This document shows, piece after piece, positions 18,775 through 28,945 of a DNA stretch of 32,875 nucleotides (its first letter is position 1; every line of letters begins with the position of its first letter). The notes below the pieces were generated by a model, which saw nothing but the letters and a program-made list of their open reading frames with translations, ran no database searches and had not been told where the DNA came from. The translations under genes and the position numbers were made by a program. The DNA is taken from contig JBHHVD010000030.1 in the NCBI GenBank assembly GCA_046754105.1, forward strand, positions 1-32,875, read 5' to 3'. Source of the DNA: Candidatus Krumholzibacteriia bacterium. Its GTDB lineage: Bacteria; Krumholzibacteriota; Krumholzibacteriia; WVZY01.

Positions 18775-20082
18775 TTATCTTGCAACGATGTTCGCCACCA
18801 TCTCCGCTTCGGCGACCAGTTCGTCGCCCACGAAGGCGTGCCCCCGCATCTTGCGCACCCCCAGCTTTAGCGCGACCAGCTCGACCTCCAGGCGCAGCTG
18901 GTCGCCGGGTCGCACGGGTTTCCGGAAGCGGGCATTATTCAACATTGTGAAGTAGACAAGGTAGTTCTTGGGGTTGTCAACAGTATTCAGAAGCAGCAGG
19001 CCCCCTGCCTGCGCCATCGCCTCGATGATCAACACGGCGGGCATAATGGGGTGACCGGGAAAATGCCCCTGGAAGAACGGCTCGTTGATCGTCACGTTCT
19101 TGATGCCCACAACTCGTTTCTTGTCTTCCAGTTCGATGATCCGGTCCACCAGCAGGAACGGATACCGGTGCGGCATGATCTCCTGGATGATATTCGCGTC
19201 CCACAGGGGCCCAGCCGGTCGCGACGGGCTGCGCTGCTCCTTGATATCCCATAACTTCTTTACGAACTGCAAGTTAGAGGAGTGGCCCGATTTCACCGCG
19301 TGAATATGGCCCTGAATGGGCGCGCCGAGCAGGGAGAGATCGCCGATCAGGTCGAGCACCTTGTGACGCACGCACTCATCCGGGAAACGGAGCGGCTCGT
19401 CATTTACCATGCCGTCGTCGTTGAAAACAATGGCGTTCTCGAGGCTGCCGCCCTTGATCAGCCCGGCCGTGCGCAGTTCATCGATGTCCCGGCCCAGGAC
19501 GAAGGTGCGGGCGGGGGATATTTCTGTTTCGAACACGTTCGGTGTGACGTCAAAGCTCGCATACTGAGTCCCAATAAACGGGTTCTCGAACTGTATCGTA
19601 AAACTGACACGAAACCCGTCCCACGGGGTGGCGTAGACCTCCACGTCGCCCTCTCTGTGGCTGATGAAGCGATCGACCTTGAAAAGGTTGGCCGGTGCGC
19701 CCTGGTTCGCGAACCCGGCGTTCTTGAAGGCCTGCACGTACGATTCGTAGCTGCCCGACCTCGGCACCGGCGGTTCGTTCGCCGATATCTCGATCAGCAC
19801 GTTGTCTACCTGCAGACCGTAGCACGCGGCCAGAAGATGTTCCACGGTGTGGATCACCGTGTCGCCGTTGCGAATCGTCGTGTTGCGGGGAGTGAGTTTG
19901 TCGAGTACCACGCTGGTGATGTCGGCGGGAATCTCCACTTGCTTGCCGCCGTGCCGGCGGACGAACCGAATGCCCGTGTCCACCGGAGCGGGCTTGAAAG
20001 ACACGACCACCTTGTCGCCGGTGTGCAGGCCGAGGCCCTCGATCGAGAATTCCTTATCGATCGTCTTCTGCTGGCGTATCAT
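18775..20082 (-). CDS. lpxC-fabZ: Bifunctional LpxC deacetylase / FabZ dehydratase fusion
   Basis: LpxC motifs [22 protein letters not shown] and [11 protein letters not shown] are followed in frame by FabZ motifs [19 protein letters not shown] and IIEAMAQ. Confidence 0.95.
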   Translation of the reverse strand: MIRQQKTIDKEFSIEGLGLHTGDKVVVSFKPAPVDTGIRFVRRHGGKQVEIPADITSVVLDKLTPRNTTIRNGDTVIHTVEHLLAACYGLQVDNVLIEISANEPPVPRSGSYESYVQAFKNAGFANQGAPANLFKVDRFISHREGDVEVYATPWDGFRVSFTIQFENPFIGTQYASFDVTPNVFETEISPARTFVLGRDIDELRTAGLIKGGSLENAIVFNDDGMVNDEPLRFPDECVRHKVLDLIGDLSLLGAPIQGHIHAVKSGHSSNLQFVKKLWDIKEQRSPSRPAGPLWDANIIQEIMPHRYPFLLVDRIIELEDKKRVVGIKNVTINEPFFQGHFPGHPIMPAVLIIEAMAQAGGLLLLNTVDNPKNYLVYFTMLNNARFRKPVRPGDQLRLEVELVALKLGVRKMRGHAFVGDELVAEAEMVANIVAR

Positions 20083-21130
20083 GGCCCTTCCCCTTCTCCA
20101 GCTGTGCTACTTTTCTGGCTAGTTCCTGGATCTTCCTGTACAACTCCGGCAACCGCGTCGTGAATCCGTAGAGCTTTCGGGCCTGCGCGTGCTCGCGCGC
20201 CGGGTAACCCGATACCGTCGTTCCCGCCGGTATGGACTTGGTCACACCGGCCTGTGCCGCGATCACCACACCATCGCCGATAACGATGTGCCCGACCAGC
20301 CCCGCCTGACCGCCGATCACGACGCCCTCGCCCAGCTCGGCACTGCCCGATATCCCCACCTGCGCCGCCATGATGCAGTTCTTACCCACGGTCACGTTGT
20401 GCGCGATCTGGACCAGGTTGTCGATTTTTGTCCCCCCTCCGATCCGCGTCACCCCCGTGGTGGCGCGATCGATCGTTGTGTTCGCACCAATTTCCACGTC
20501 GTCTCCGATGACCACGATGCCGATGTGTGGAATCTTTCTTTGTGTCTCGCCGTCTTTCGCAAAACCGAACCCGTCAGAGCCGACAACCGCGCCCGGATGG
20601 ATAATCACGCGGCTGCCGATCTCGCACCCCTCCCGGATCGTCACATTGGGATAAATGAGACAGCTTTCACCGATGGCGGTGTTCGCGCCTACATACCCTC
20701 CCCGCAGCACGACCGAGTTGTCCCCGATTCTGGCGCCGGCCTCGATCTGACAATAGGGCCCGATGCTCACGTTCGCTCCCAACCGGGCCCCTTTGTCAAC
20801 AATCGCCGTCGGGTGCTGTCCGCGGGGGTACTGCGTCCGCGCCCTTTCCGCGAACATGGTCACGACCTTCAGAAAACCCAGATACGGGTCCTCGAGTCTG
20901 ATGGAAGGCAGGGCGCACTCGATCTCGCGCGGACCGATTACGGCGGAAGCCCGGGTGGACGAAAGGAACTGCCGGTATTTCGTGTTGGCGAGAAACGTAA
21001 TCTCGCCGCTCCCCGCTTCCTTAATGCCCGCAACCCCGGTGATGCGCGTGCTGCCGTCCCCGCTCAGGGCACCGCCGACGAGCTCCGCCAGTTCTTTAAG
21101 GCTGTACGATAATGTACCCAAGGCACGCAC
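20054..21130 (-). CDS. lpxD: UDP-3-O-acylglucosamine N-acyltransferase
   Basis: Motifs [33 protein letters not shown] and [10 protein letters not shown]. Confidence 0.96.
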   Translation of the reverse strand: MRALGTLSYSLKELAELVGGALSGDGSTRITGVAGIKEAGSGEITFLANTKYRQFLSSTRASAVIGPREIECALPSIRLEDPYLGFLKVVTMFAERARTQYPRGQHPTAIVDKGARLGANVSIGPYCQIEAGARIGDNSVVLRGGYVGANTAIGESCLIYPNVTIREGCEIGSRVIIHPGAVVGSDGFGFAKDGETQRKIPHIGIVVIGDDVEIGANTTIDRATTGVTRIGGGTKIDNLVQIAHNVTVGKNCIMAAQVGISGSAELGEGVVIGGQAGLVGHIVIGDGVVIAAQAGVTKSIPAGTTVSGYPAREHAQARKLYGFTTRLPELYRKIQELARKVAQLEKGKGHDTPAEDDR

Positions 21131-21670
21131 CTACTGTCCCGGTTTGTTCAACTCCTGGAGAACCATGTCGGTCAAGTCAAAATCCTTGTTTGCGTACACG
21201 ATATTCGCGTTCGAGATATCGAAAACCAGCGTGTACCCTTGCTCTTCCGACATTCGCTCCAGAATCTGATTAATCTTGTTGACGATCGGCTGCGTTAGCT
21301 CCTGGTTGCGCTTCGCCGCCGTTCCGTTCTCGCCAAAGACGTCCGCCATGAAGCGCTGGTAGTCGGCGAGCTTCTTATCCAGCGCCAGCTTTTTCTCTCT
21401 CTGCTTTTCCTCCGAGAGCATGAGCGCCTGTGCGCGCAGCTCATCCTGGATTTTTACGATCTCTTGTTCCATCACCTGCGCCTGGGCTTTCCACGCATCC
21501 ACTTCCTTTTTGTAGAGCCGCTCGACGTCCTGGGTCTCCTTGAATTCCGCAAAAATCCGCTGCGAGTCGATGTAGCCGATCTTGAGCTCCACCTGCGCCG
21601 TTGCCGTAACGATACTTCCCGCAACGATACACCCAGCCAGCGCAATAAGTCCAAGTGTATTCCGTAGCAT
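21131..21670 (-). CDS. skp: Periplasmic chaperone Skp/OmpH
   Basis: Signal peptide, LKIGYID, a coiled-coil body and GYTLVFD...IVYA....DLTD.VL. ATG at 21670 follows AAGGAG. Confidence 0.92.
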   Translation of the reverse strand: MLRNTLGLIALAGCIVAGSIVTATAQVELKIGYIDSQRIFAEFKETQDVERLYKKEVDAWKAQAQVMEQEIVKIQDELRAQALMLSEEKQREKKLALDKKLADYQRFMADVFGENGTAAKRNQELTQPIVNKINQILERMSEEQGYTLVFDISNANIVYANKDFDLTDMVLQELNKPGQ

Positions 21671-21708
21671 AAGAACCACTCCTTTTTTCAAATAATCTGC
21701 GACAGGGG

Positions 21709-24009
21709 TTAGAATCCAGCGCCCAGGGATATGTGCGGTTCCCAACCGGCTCCGCCGATCTTGTCGAAGCCGTAGCCATAGTCGAAGCCTACCGTTCCGA
21801 GCGCCGGAAGTTCAAGCCTTATGCCCAGCCCCAGACCCTTCTTGAGGTCGAAAATGCTGGACCCGCGGAAGCTGTTCCACGTGTTGCCCGCGTCGAAGAA
21901 ACCCACGGCGAAGACGGTCGGCGCGATGGGCAAAGTGATTTCATACGAAAGAGTTTGCATGTAGCGGCCCCCGAGGAACTCGGGGTTGTTCTCGGGCACG
22001 ATCTCGAAGAAATCGTACCCGCGAACGGCATTGCGGCGGTTGCCGCCCAGCCGGTACAACTCGTAGTCCGGCACCTGGGACGGCGAACTGTATCCGTCCA
22101 GCACCCCGGTTTGGTACTGTATGGCCAGAGACAGGTTCCAAAAAAGCTTCTCGTACCATGCAAAAGACGCCTCGTAGCGTTGAAACTCGACATCGCCGCC
22201 GAGCGCCGGTCCGCCGTTGGCCTCCGCGGTAAAGCTCGCGCGCGTGCCGGACGTGGGTCGAAAGGGGCTGTCCGTCGAGTTGCGGGTAAACGTGATCGCC
22301 GTCGAGCTCGTGACTTGCGGCCAGAGAATGTCCCGCAGAGGCCCCGTGTAGGCCGGCGAAAAATCGTCCAGCGTGATCGACTCCCACCGGTAACGCCAGA
22401 AAACCGTCGTGTAATCGAACCATGGGAACGGCCGCCCGATACTCAACGAGCCTCCCCGGCGCTGGTCGTCCCAGAACTGCTGGCGCACCTGGTCCTGGTC
22501 CCGGCGGAAGGCATTTATGCTCAGCGTGGTCGGCGTCCCGAAAAGCCACGGCTCGGTAAAGCGCAGGTCGACGTTCTGGCGAAACCTCGAGAACTCCCAA
22601 TCGATCCCAACCCGTTGTCCGCGTCCCAGGAAATTGGTTTCGGCCAGGCCGATGAAACCGCTGATCGAGTTGAGCGCGGAAAAACCTGCGCCCAGGCGGA
22701 ACTGCCCCGTCTGCTTCTCGGCAACTTTCAGGTTGATGTTGATATCGCCGTCCTCGTTCGCCGTCGTCACCTCCGGTTCCGGCGGTGCCTCGAAGAACCC
22801 CAGGTTGAACACTTCACGCAGGGATCTCATGAGTTTCGGGCGCTGAAACACCTCCCCGGGAATGAATTTCAACTCGCGACGGATCACGGTCTCGGCCGTC
22901 TTCGTATTGCCGCTGATGCTGATCTCGTGGATGTGCGCCGGGTTGCCCTCGGTGATGTCAAAATCGAGATCGATGACGTTCTTCTTCACCGTCTTCCGCG
23001 GGCTGACCGAATTGTAGATGTATCCCCGATCCCAGTACAGCGTGCTGATCGCGACCTGGATATCCGTGAATTCCCTGTCGTCGAACACGTCCCCTTCGTC
23101 AAAAGTGATCAGAGACGCGATTCGCGGGTCCTTGAAAATGGTGTTCCCCGACCAGGCCACGTTACCGACCACATAGCGGGTCCCCTCATCGAGGGTGACG
23201 AAAACGTCGAGCCCCTTGCCGTCCTCCGAAAAAATCAGCTCCTTGTTCGTAACCTGTGCGTCCAGGTACCCGTGCTCGCGGTAGAGCAACACTATCTTCT
23301 CCAGATCGCTATCGAGTACCTTCGGTTTGAACTCCGCCCCCCGAATCCAGTTGTCCTCCTTGGTGTCCATCGCCCCCCGCAGATCCTCCGAGTCCAGCGA
23401 GCGGTTGCCAAAGAAATCGACATGCTTGACCGAGACCTTCTCGCCTTCGGCGACCCGGTAGACGAGCACCCTGGTCCTTTTCTTCGATTTCTCGTCCTGT
23501 GCGGAGACGACCTCGTCGCTCACCGCCGCCCGGTAGTACCCTTTTTCCCTGTAGATTTCCTCGATCGCCCGGAAGTCCTGCCGGATCAGTGACGGCCTGA
23601 TGAAGCCCCCCTCCCGAACCCGGATGGCCTTTCGCAGTTCCTCCTCCTTGACGTGCTTGTTACCCTCGAACTTCACCGTGTCGATCTTGAGGTGCTCGGT
23701 CACCACGAGGGTGACGACGACCCCGTTCCCCCGGTCTTCCTCGTAGGCCCGGATGTCCGCAAATTCTCTCGTCGCATACAGCCGCTTTACCGCCTGGCTG
23801 ACCTCGGACGGCACGAAGGGGTCGCCTTCTTTGAGACGCACGATGCGCCGGATCTTCTGTTCGGAGACAGCGACGTTCCCCTCGATGCGCAGCTCGGCGA
23901 TCGGCTTCTGGGCGGACGCCTGAAGAGCGGCGAACTGGAGCAGCAGCGCGCACCCGATTATCTGCAACCGTCTTTTTTTCATGGTGTTCCGGTGAAAAAT
24001 CCTGCGCAT
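21709..24009 (-). CDS. bamA: Outer membrane protein assembly factor
   Basis: POTRA repeats (I.FEGNK, GN.KT...VIRRE), FTEPWLF, a VRGYD loop and a C-terminal Phe. Alternative start ATG at 23982. Confidence 0.95.
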   Translation of the reverse strand: MRRIFHRNTMKKRRLQIIGCALLLQFAALQASAQKPIAELRIEGNVAVSEQKIRRIVRLKEGDPFVPSEVSQAVKRLYATREFADIRAYEEDRGNGVVVTLVVTEHLKIDTVKFEGNKHVKEEELRKAIRVREGGFIRPSLIRQDFRAIEEIYREKGYYRAAVSDEVVSAQDEKSKKRTRVLVYRVAEGEKVSVKHVDFFGNRSLDSEDLRGAMDTKEDNWIRGAEFKPKVLDSDLEKIVLLYREHGYLDAQVTNKELIFSEDGKGLDVFVTLDEGTRYVVGNVAWSGNTIFKDPRIASLITFDEGDVFDDREFTDIQVAISTLYWDRGYIYNSVSPRKTVKKNVIDLDFDITEGNPAHIHEISISGNTKTAETVIRRELKFIPGEVFQRPKLMRSLREVFNLGFFEAPPEPEVTTANEDGDININLKVAEKQTGQFRLGAGFSALNSISGFIGLAETNFLGRGQRVGIDWEFSRFRQNVDLRFTEPWLFGTPTTLSINAFRRDQDQVRQQFWDDQRRGGSLSIGRPFPWFDYTTVFWRYRWESITLDDFSPAYTGPLRDILWPQVTSSTAITFTRNSTDSPFRPTSGTRASFTAEANGGPALGGDVEFQRYEASFAWYEKLFWNLSLAIQYQTGVLDGYSSPSQVPDYELYRLGGNRRNAVRGYDFFEIVPENNPEFLGGRYMQTLSYEITLPIAPTVFAVGFFDAGNTWNSFRGSSIFDLKKGLGLGIRLELPALGTVGFDYGYGFDKIGGAGWEPHISLGAGF

Positions 24010-24063
24010 CCTACCACACTTCCGCGGGACGTGTAAACGGCAGGCCCGCTCACACGGCAGAGG

Positions 24064-24091
24064 AATATATAACCTAAAGTAGAATAATCAA
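24064..24091 (-). promoter_or_regulatory. Putative sigma70 promoter for the bamA-lpx genes in an AT-rich spacer
   Basis: The minus strand reads TTGATT-N16-TATATT within a markedly AT-rich patch (24061-24100). Confidence 0.45.
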
Positions 24092-24133
24092 TTAAATAAC
24101 GCAGGGGGCTGTGGGGTGGACTCTAACCGAAAA

Positions 24134-26569
24134 TTACTTGGTCTTGGTGCCCACGTCAAAGGACAAACCGTCTTTCTTCACTCCGACGTGGATTCCCGCG
24201 TCCTTCTTGAGTCCCTTCTTGAGCAGAAGCTCGCTCAGCGGGTCTTCCACGTAGCGCTGGATGGCCCGGCGCAGCGGACGGGCACCGAGGTCGGGGTCGA
24301 AACCCCGGCTCATGAGGAATTCCCTCGACTCCTTGCTGAACTCGATTTGCAGATCGAACACCTTCAGGCGGCCGACGAAGTCCTCGAGCATGATGGTGAC
24401 GATCGTTTCCATTTCTCGCTTGCCGAGGGGACGGAACACGATGGTGTCGTCGAGCCGGTTGAGGAACTCCGGATTGAAGGATTTCTTGAGGTTTTCCAAG
24501 AGCTTCGCCTTGATATTCTTGAATGTGCTTTCGGCCCCGCCCTGGGTAAAACCAAGACTCTTGCCTCCCTTGGCCTCTACCGTCCCCACGTTGGAGGTCA
24601 TGATCAGCACCGTGTTCCGGAAATCGACGCGGCGTCCGTAGTTGTCTGTCAAGGCGCCGTCGTCCATCACCTGCAGCAGGATATTGAACACGTCCGGGTG
24701 GGCCTTCTCGATCTCGTCCAGGAGGATGACCGAATAGGGCTTGCGGCGGACCTTTTCGGTGAGCTGCCCTCCCTCGTCGTAGCCGACGTATCCGGGAGGC
24801 GCCCCGATGAGGCGCGACAGGGAAAACTTCTCCATGTACTCCGACATGTCGATACGCACCAGGGCCTCTTCCGTCTCGAACAGCACCTCGGACAGGGCGC
24901 GGGCCAGTTCCGTCTTCCCCACACCGGTAGGACCGAGAAACACGAAGCTGCCGATCGGCCGTCTCGGATCCCGCAAGCCGGCGCGATTGCGCCTGACCGC
25001 CTTGGCCACCGCCGCGACCGCTTCCGCCTGTCCCACGACCCGCTTGCTCACGTCTTCTTCGAGCCGGAGCAGCTTTTCCGTTTCCTCCTCTTCGACCTCG
25101 GAGACCGGGATGCCCGTCATCGTGGACACGACGCGGGCGATATCCGCTGCCGACACCACGGTTTCCTTGACTTGTTTGGTCTCGTTCCAGGTACGCCGCA
25201 TCTCCTGCAGCTTCTTGCGCATCTCCTTCTCTTTATCCCTGAAACCGGCCGCCTTTTCGAATTCCTGCGCCTGGATCGCCGATTCCTTCTCCCGACACAA
25301 CTCCTCGATCTCCTTCTCGAGGTCCTGCAACTCCGTCGGGGCGGTCACGACGGCGAGCCGCGCTCGGGAGCCCGCCTCGTCGATCACGTCGATGGCCTTA
25401 TCCGGCAGGTAGCGGTCGTGAATGTATCGCTGCGAAAAGTACACCGCCGCGCTTACCGCCTCGTCCTCGATCTTTACACGGTGATGCGCCTCGTACTTGT
25501 CGCGCAGCCCCAGGATGATCTCGACCGTTTCCTCCTCGCTCGGCGAGTTGATCAGGATCGGCTGGAATCGCCGTTCGAGCGCGCCGTCCTTTTCGATGTG
25601 CTTGCGGTACTCATCCAGTGTGGTGGCGCCGATGCACTGCACCTCGCCACGGGCCAGGGCGGGCTTGAGCATGTTGGAGGCGTCGATCGCTCCCTCCGCA
25701 CCCCCGGCGCCCACGATGGTGTGAATCTCGTCGATGAATATCACGACGTCATCGGACTCGCCGATCTCATTGAGTATCGACTTGAGACGTTCCTCGAATT
25801 GTCCTCTGTATTTTGTTCCTGCCACGACAGATGCAAGATCGAGAGTCGCGATGCGTTTGTCCTTGAGGATCTCGGGTACCTTGTTGGAGACGATGCGCTG
25901 CGCGAGCCCCTCGGCGATGGCGGTCTTGCCCACCCCGGGCTCGCCGATGAGGATCGGGTTGTTCTTCTTGCGCCGGCTGAGCACCTGGATCACGCGTTCC
26001 GTCTCCGATTCGCGGCCGATGATCGGATCGAGCTTGTTCTCACGGGCCATGCGGGTGAGGTCGCGGCCGAACTGGTCGAGGTTGGGCGTCTCGCTGCGCT
26101 CCTTCTTGGTCTTCCGCGCCTTCATCGTGGCGGAAGGTCCGAGAAGCTTCAGCACTTCCTCGCGCACGCGCTTGCGGTCCACGCCGAGCTCGGCGAGCAC
26201 CTGCGCGGCGACCCCTTCCCCCTCGCGGATGAGACCGAGCAGGAGGTGTTCGGTGCCGACGTAATTGTGCCCGAGCAACCGCGCTTCCTCGATAGCCAAC
26301 TCCAGCACGCGCTTCGCCCTGGGAGTGAAGGGAATCTCGCCGATGGTGAGCGTGCCGCCGCTGCTCTTCACCATGCTCTCTACCGCCTGCTGGATCTGCT
26401 CGAAGTCGAGATCCAGCTTGCTCAGCACTTTGGCGGCGATCCCTTCGCCTTCCCTGACGATGCCGAGCAACAGGTGCTCGGTGCCGATATAGTCGTGCTG
26501 CAACCGGCTGGCTTCGTCTCTCGCGAAGTAGATGACGCGTCTGACCCGATCGGTAAAGCGATCATGCAT
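24134..26569 (-). CDS. clpC: ATP-dependent Clp protease ATP-binding subunit ClpC
   Basis: Two Clp-N repeats (GTEHLLLG twice), Walker A motifs GEPGVGKT and GPTGVGKT, a UVR middle domain, a LGF ClpP-docking loop and GARPLRR. Confidence 0.96.
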   Translation of the reverse strand: MHDRFTDRVRRVIYFARDEASRLQHDYIGTEHLLLGIVREGEGIAAKVLSKLDLDFEQIQQAVESMVKSSGGTLTIGEIPFTPRAKRVLELAIEEARLLGHNYVGTEHLLLGLIREGEGVAAQVLAELGVDRKRVREEVLKLLGPSATMKARKTKKERSETPNLDQFGRDLTRMARENKLDPIIGRESETERVIQVLSRRKKNNPILIGEPGVGKTAIAEGLAQRIVSNKVPEILKDKRIATLDLASVVAGTKYRGQFEERLKSILNEIGESDDVVIFIDEIHTIVGAGGAEGAIDASNMLKPALARGEVQCIGATTLDEYRKHIEKDGALERRFQPILINSPSEEETVEIILGLRDKYEAHHRVKIEDEAVSAAVYFSQRYIHDRYLPDKAIDVIDEAGSRARLAVVTAPTELQDLEKEIEELCREKESAIQAQEFEKAAGFRDKEKEMRKKLQEMRRTWNETKQVKETVVSAADIARVVSTMTGIPVSEVEEEETEKLLRLEEDVSKRVVGQAEAVAAVAKAVRRNRAGLRDPRRPIGSFVFLGPTGVGKTELARALSEVLFETEEALVRIDMSEYMEKFSLSRLIGAPPGYVGYDEGGQLTEKVRRKPYSVILLDEIEKAHPDVFNILLQVMDDGALTDNYGRRVDFRNTVLIMTSNVGTVEAKGGKSLGFTQGGAESTFKNIKAKLLENLKKSFNPEFLNRLDDTIVFRPLGKREMETIVTIMLEDFVGRLKVFDLQIEFSKESREFLMSRGFDPDLGARPLRRAIQRYVEDPLSELLLKKGLKKDAGIHVGVKKDGLSFDVGTKTK

Positions 26570-26575
26570 CGGTGT

Positions 26576-27643
26576 TTACTCCTCCTGTGCACTGGATGCG
26601 CCGAGTGTTTTCCGGATGAAATCGGCCCGCGCCGTGTCCCGTCCCGGTGTTTCCATCTGGTTGCCGTGAAGCATCTGCAGATGGGCGGGCTGGATATACA
26701 CCAGCAACTCGTTCAACGTCCGTATGGAAAGATCCTGGATGATCCCGACGCCGACACCGAGCCGGACGGCCGAGATGAGGCTGAGGGCTTCCTTCGTACT
26801 GACGCTCCGTGAGTATTTCAGTAAGCCGTATGCACGCCAAACCTTATCTTCAAGCAAGCTTCGTGCCTTGCGAAACAGCATGTCCCGGGCCTTCCGCTCG
26901 AAACCGATTACCTTGACCGCCATCTCCTTGAGGTTGCCAATGATGACGTCTTCAGACGTACCCAACGTCGCGCTGTTGGAGAGCTGGAAGAAGTTCCCCA
27001 TGACGTCAGTACCTTCCCCGTACAACCCGCGGATGGAATGGTTGAGCTGGCGCAGGCTGTCGAGCAGCTTGTGGATCTCCTTGCTGTGAACCAGGCCCGG
27101 CAGATGTATCAGCAATGACGCCCGCAGGCCGGTCCCGAGGTTGGTCGGGCACGCGGTCAGGTAGCCCAGCCGGTCGCTGTAGGCAAACCCCAGCCGCGGC
27201 GACAGTTCGCTATCCAGGCGATTCGCCCTCTCGAACGCGCCAGCGAGCTCAAGCCCGGAGCGATACGACTGGATGCGCAGATGATCCTCCTCGTTGATCA
27301 TCACGCACAAATCCTCGGCACCGGTCACGATCAAGCCCCGATTCGACGAATTGAACAGGAATTCGCGGCTCACCAGGTGGCGTTCGGCGAGGAACTGGCG
27401 GTCGAGCGACGAGACGTTGCCCATGGGGAAATAGTGCCCCGGCTTGAGGAGCACCGTCTCGGCCGTAGCCGCCCGAGCCTCATCCAGCACCGACGCCAAC
27501 TCCTCCTTGTCGGCGCTCTGTGTGAAACGGCGGTTGCCGATGTTGCGGGCCATGCGGATGCGGGTCGAGAGCACGACCTCGCTCTCCGCGCCCGATCCAT
27601 CGAGCCAGCGAGCCGGCTTTCCTATCATGTCCTTGATTTGCAT
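26576..27643 (-). CDS. mcsB: Protein arginine kinase
   Basis: Motifs STRIRMARN, MINEEDHLRIQ, GYLTACPTNLGTGLRAS, RGLYGEG and QPAHLQ. Confidence 0.95.
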   Translation of the reverse strand: MQIKDMIGKPARWLDGSGAESEVVLSTRIRMARNIGNRRFTQSADKEELASVLDEARAATAETVLLKPGHYFPMGNVSSLDRQFLAERHLVSREFLFNSSNRGLIVTGAEDLCVMINEEDHLRIQSYRSGLELAGAFERANRLDSELSPRLGFAYSDRLGYLTACPTNLGTGLRASLLIHLPGLVHSKEIHKLLDSLRQLNHSIRGLYGEGTDVMGNFFQLSNSATLGTSEDVIIGNLKEMAVKVIGFERKARDMLFRKARSLLEDKVWRAYGLLKYSRSVSTKEALSLISAVRLGVGVGIIQDLSIRTLNELLVYIQPAHLQMLHGNQMETPGRDTARADFIRKTLGASSAQEE

Positions 27644-27647
27644 ATCG

Positions 27648-28160
27648 TTACTTCTTTTCGGCCCCGGCCTCGAGGGCGCGGATCCGGTCGCGTATTCTCG
27701 CCGCTTTTTCGTATTCTTCCTCGTCGACGGCCCGCGCCAACGCCTCTTTCAAGTCCGCCAACTCCTTGCGAATCAGCGCCTTTTGCCCCAGCGCTTGCGG
27801 AGTGTTCCCCTGGTGCTGGGTGCTGCCGTGAATCTGGCGCAAGAGCGGCATGAGCTGGGCCTCGAACGCCTCGTAGCACTCGGGGCAGCCGAGCCGGCCA
27901 CTCTTCTTGAAGTTCGAATAATCGAAACCGCAGTTGGGGCACCGCACCTTGCCGATATGCTCCGTCTCCGTGCGCGCCGAGTTGTCGATCAACCCGGCCA
28001 CCAGGTCGCCGAGACCGTAACTCCCCGCTCTCTGAACGTCGATGCCGCGAGCCTCCGCGCACTCCACGCACAAATCCATCGTCACCATGTTGTCGTTGAC
28101 GATCTCGGTGTAGTGGATCTTCGAGGGGCGCACCCCGCATTCTTTGCACATGACCGGCAT
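27648..28160 (-). CDS. mcsA: Protein-arginine kinase activator McsA (UvrB/UvrC motif)
   Basis: Four CxxC motifs, GRLGCPECYEAF and a C-terminal UVR motif EEYEKAARIRDRI. SD AGGAG. Confidence 0.93.
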   Translation of the reverse strand: MPVMCKECGVRPSKIHYTEIVNDNMVTMDLCVECAEARGIDVQRAGSYGLGDLVAGLIDNSARTETEHIGKVRCPNCGFDYSNFKKSGRLGCPECYEAFEAQLMPLLRQIHGSTQHQGNTPQALGQKALIRKELADLKEALARAVDEEEYEKAARIRDRIRALEAGAEKK

Positions 28161-28167
28161 CGATCTC

Positions 28168-28851
28168 CTATGCCTTGTGAAGCAATCCGTCCCGCAACAC
28201 GAGGTGGCGGTTCGCGTACTTCGCGAATTCCTTCTTGTGGGTCACGACCACGAAGGTCATGCCCTCCTCGGACGACAGCCCTGCAATCAATTCGTGCAGC
28301 CCCTCGCTGGAGGCATCGTCGAGGTTGCCCGTCGGCTCGTCGGCCAGCACTACCTCGGGTTCGTTGGCCAGCGCGCGCGCCACGGCGACACGCTGTTGTT
28401 CGCCTCCGGACAACTCGCCGGGCTTGTGGTGCAGCCGGTTCTCGAGCCCTACGCGAACCAGCAGCCGCTCCGCCCTCCCGGCGGCGTCTTCCCACGCCCG
28501 ACCACCCAGCAGCCCGGGCATGACCACGTTTTCCACGGCGCTGAACTCGGGCAGCAAGAAATGGAACTGAAAAACAAAGCCAAGCACCCGGTTTCTCAAC
28601 TCGTTCAACTCGCGGGCACCCAAGGTGTCCACGGCGCGCCCCTTGATCGCGATAGAACCGCGATCCGGCCGGTCGAGCGAGCCCAGTATCTGCAGCAGGG
28701 TGCTCTTGCCGACGCCCGAGGCGCCGACGATGGACAGCACTTCGCCCCGGCGTACGGCAAGATCCAGACCGCCCAGCACCCGGATCGTGCCCTTCGTCCC
28801 TTCAAAGCTCTTCTCGAGCCCCCGCGCGTCGAGCACCACGTCCGTATCCAT
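28168..28851 (-). CDS. lolD: Lipoprotein-releasing ABC transporter ATP-binding protein
   Basis: Motifs GASGVGKST, the LolD motif LRNRVLGFVFQFHFLLPEF, LSGGEQQRVA and ADEPTGNLD. Confidence 0.93.
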   Translation of the reverse strand: MDTDVVLDARGLEKSFEGTKGTIRVLGGLDLAVRRGEVLSIVGASGVGKSTLLQILGSLDRPDRGSIAIKGRAVDTLGARELNELRNRVLGFVFQFHFLLPEFSAVENVVMPGLLGGRAWEDAAGRAERLLVRVGLENRLHHKPGELSGGEQQRVAVARALANEPEVVLADEPTGNLDDASSEGLHELIAGLSSEEGMTFVVVTHKKEFAKYANRHLVLRDGLLHKA

Positions 28852-28945
28852 TAATGTAAGCCGCCGTGACCGAAAAGACAAGCTTCAACAAAAGTCATAT
28901 AACTCATTGTCCTTCATCGCGTTCCAAAATGACTACGCTCCGCCC

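Noticed and set aside
24116..26812. 898-aa plus-strand ORF antisense to clpC
   Set aside because: It is a codon-register shadow of a conserved gene in GC-rich DNA and has no recognisable motifs. The same applies to 21733-23592, 8784-10478, 11775-13052, 1448-2635 and the other long plus-strand ORFs.
28860..28945. CtsR box upstream of lolD-mcsA-mcsB-clpC
   Set aside because: The best match, TATGACT-TTT-GTTGAAG, fits only one half-site of the heptad direct repeat, and there is no ctsR in the window.
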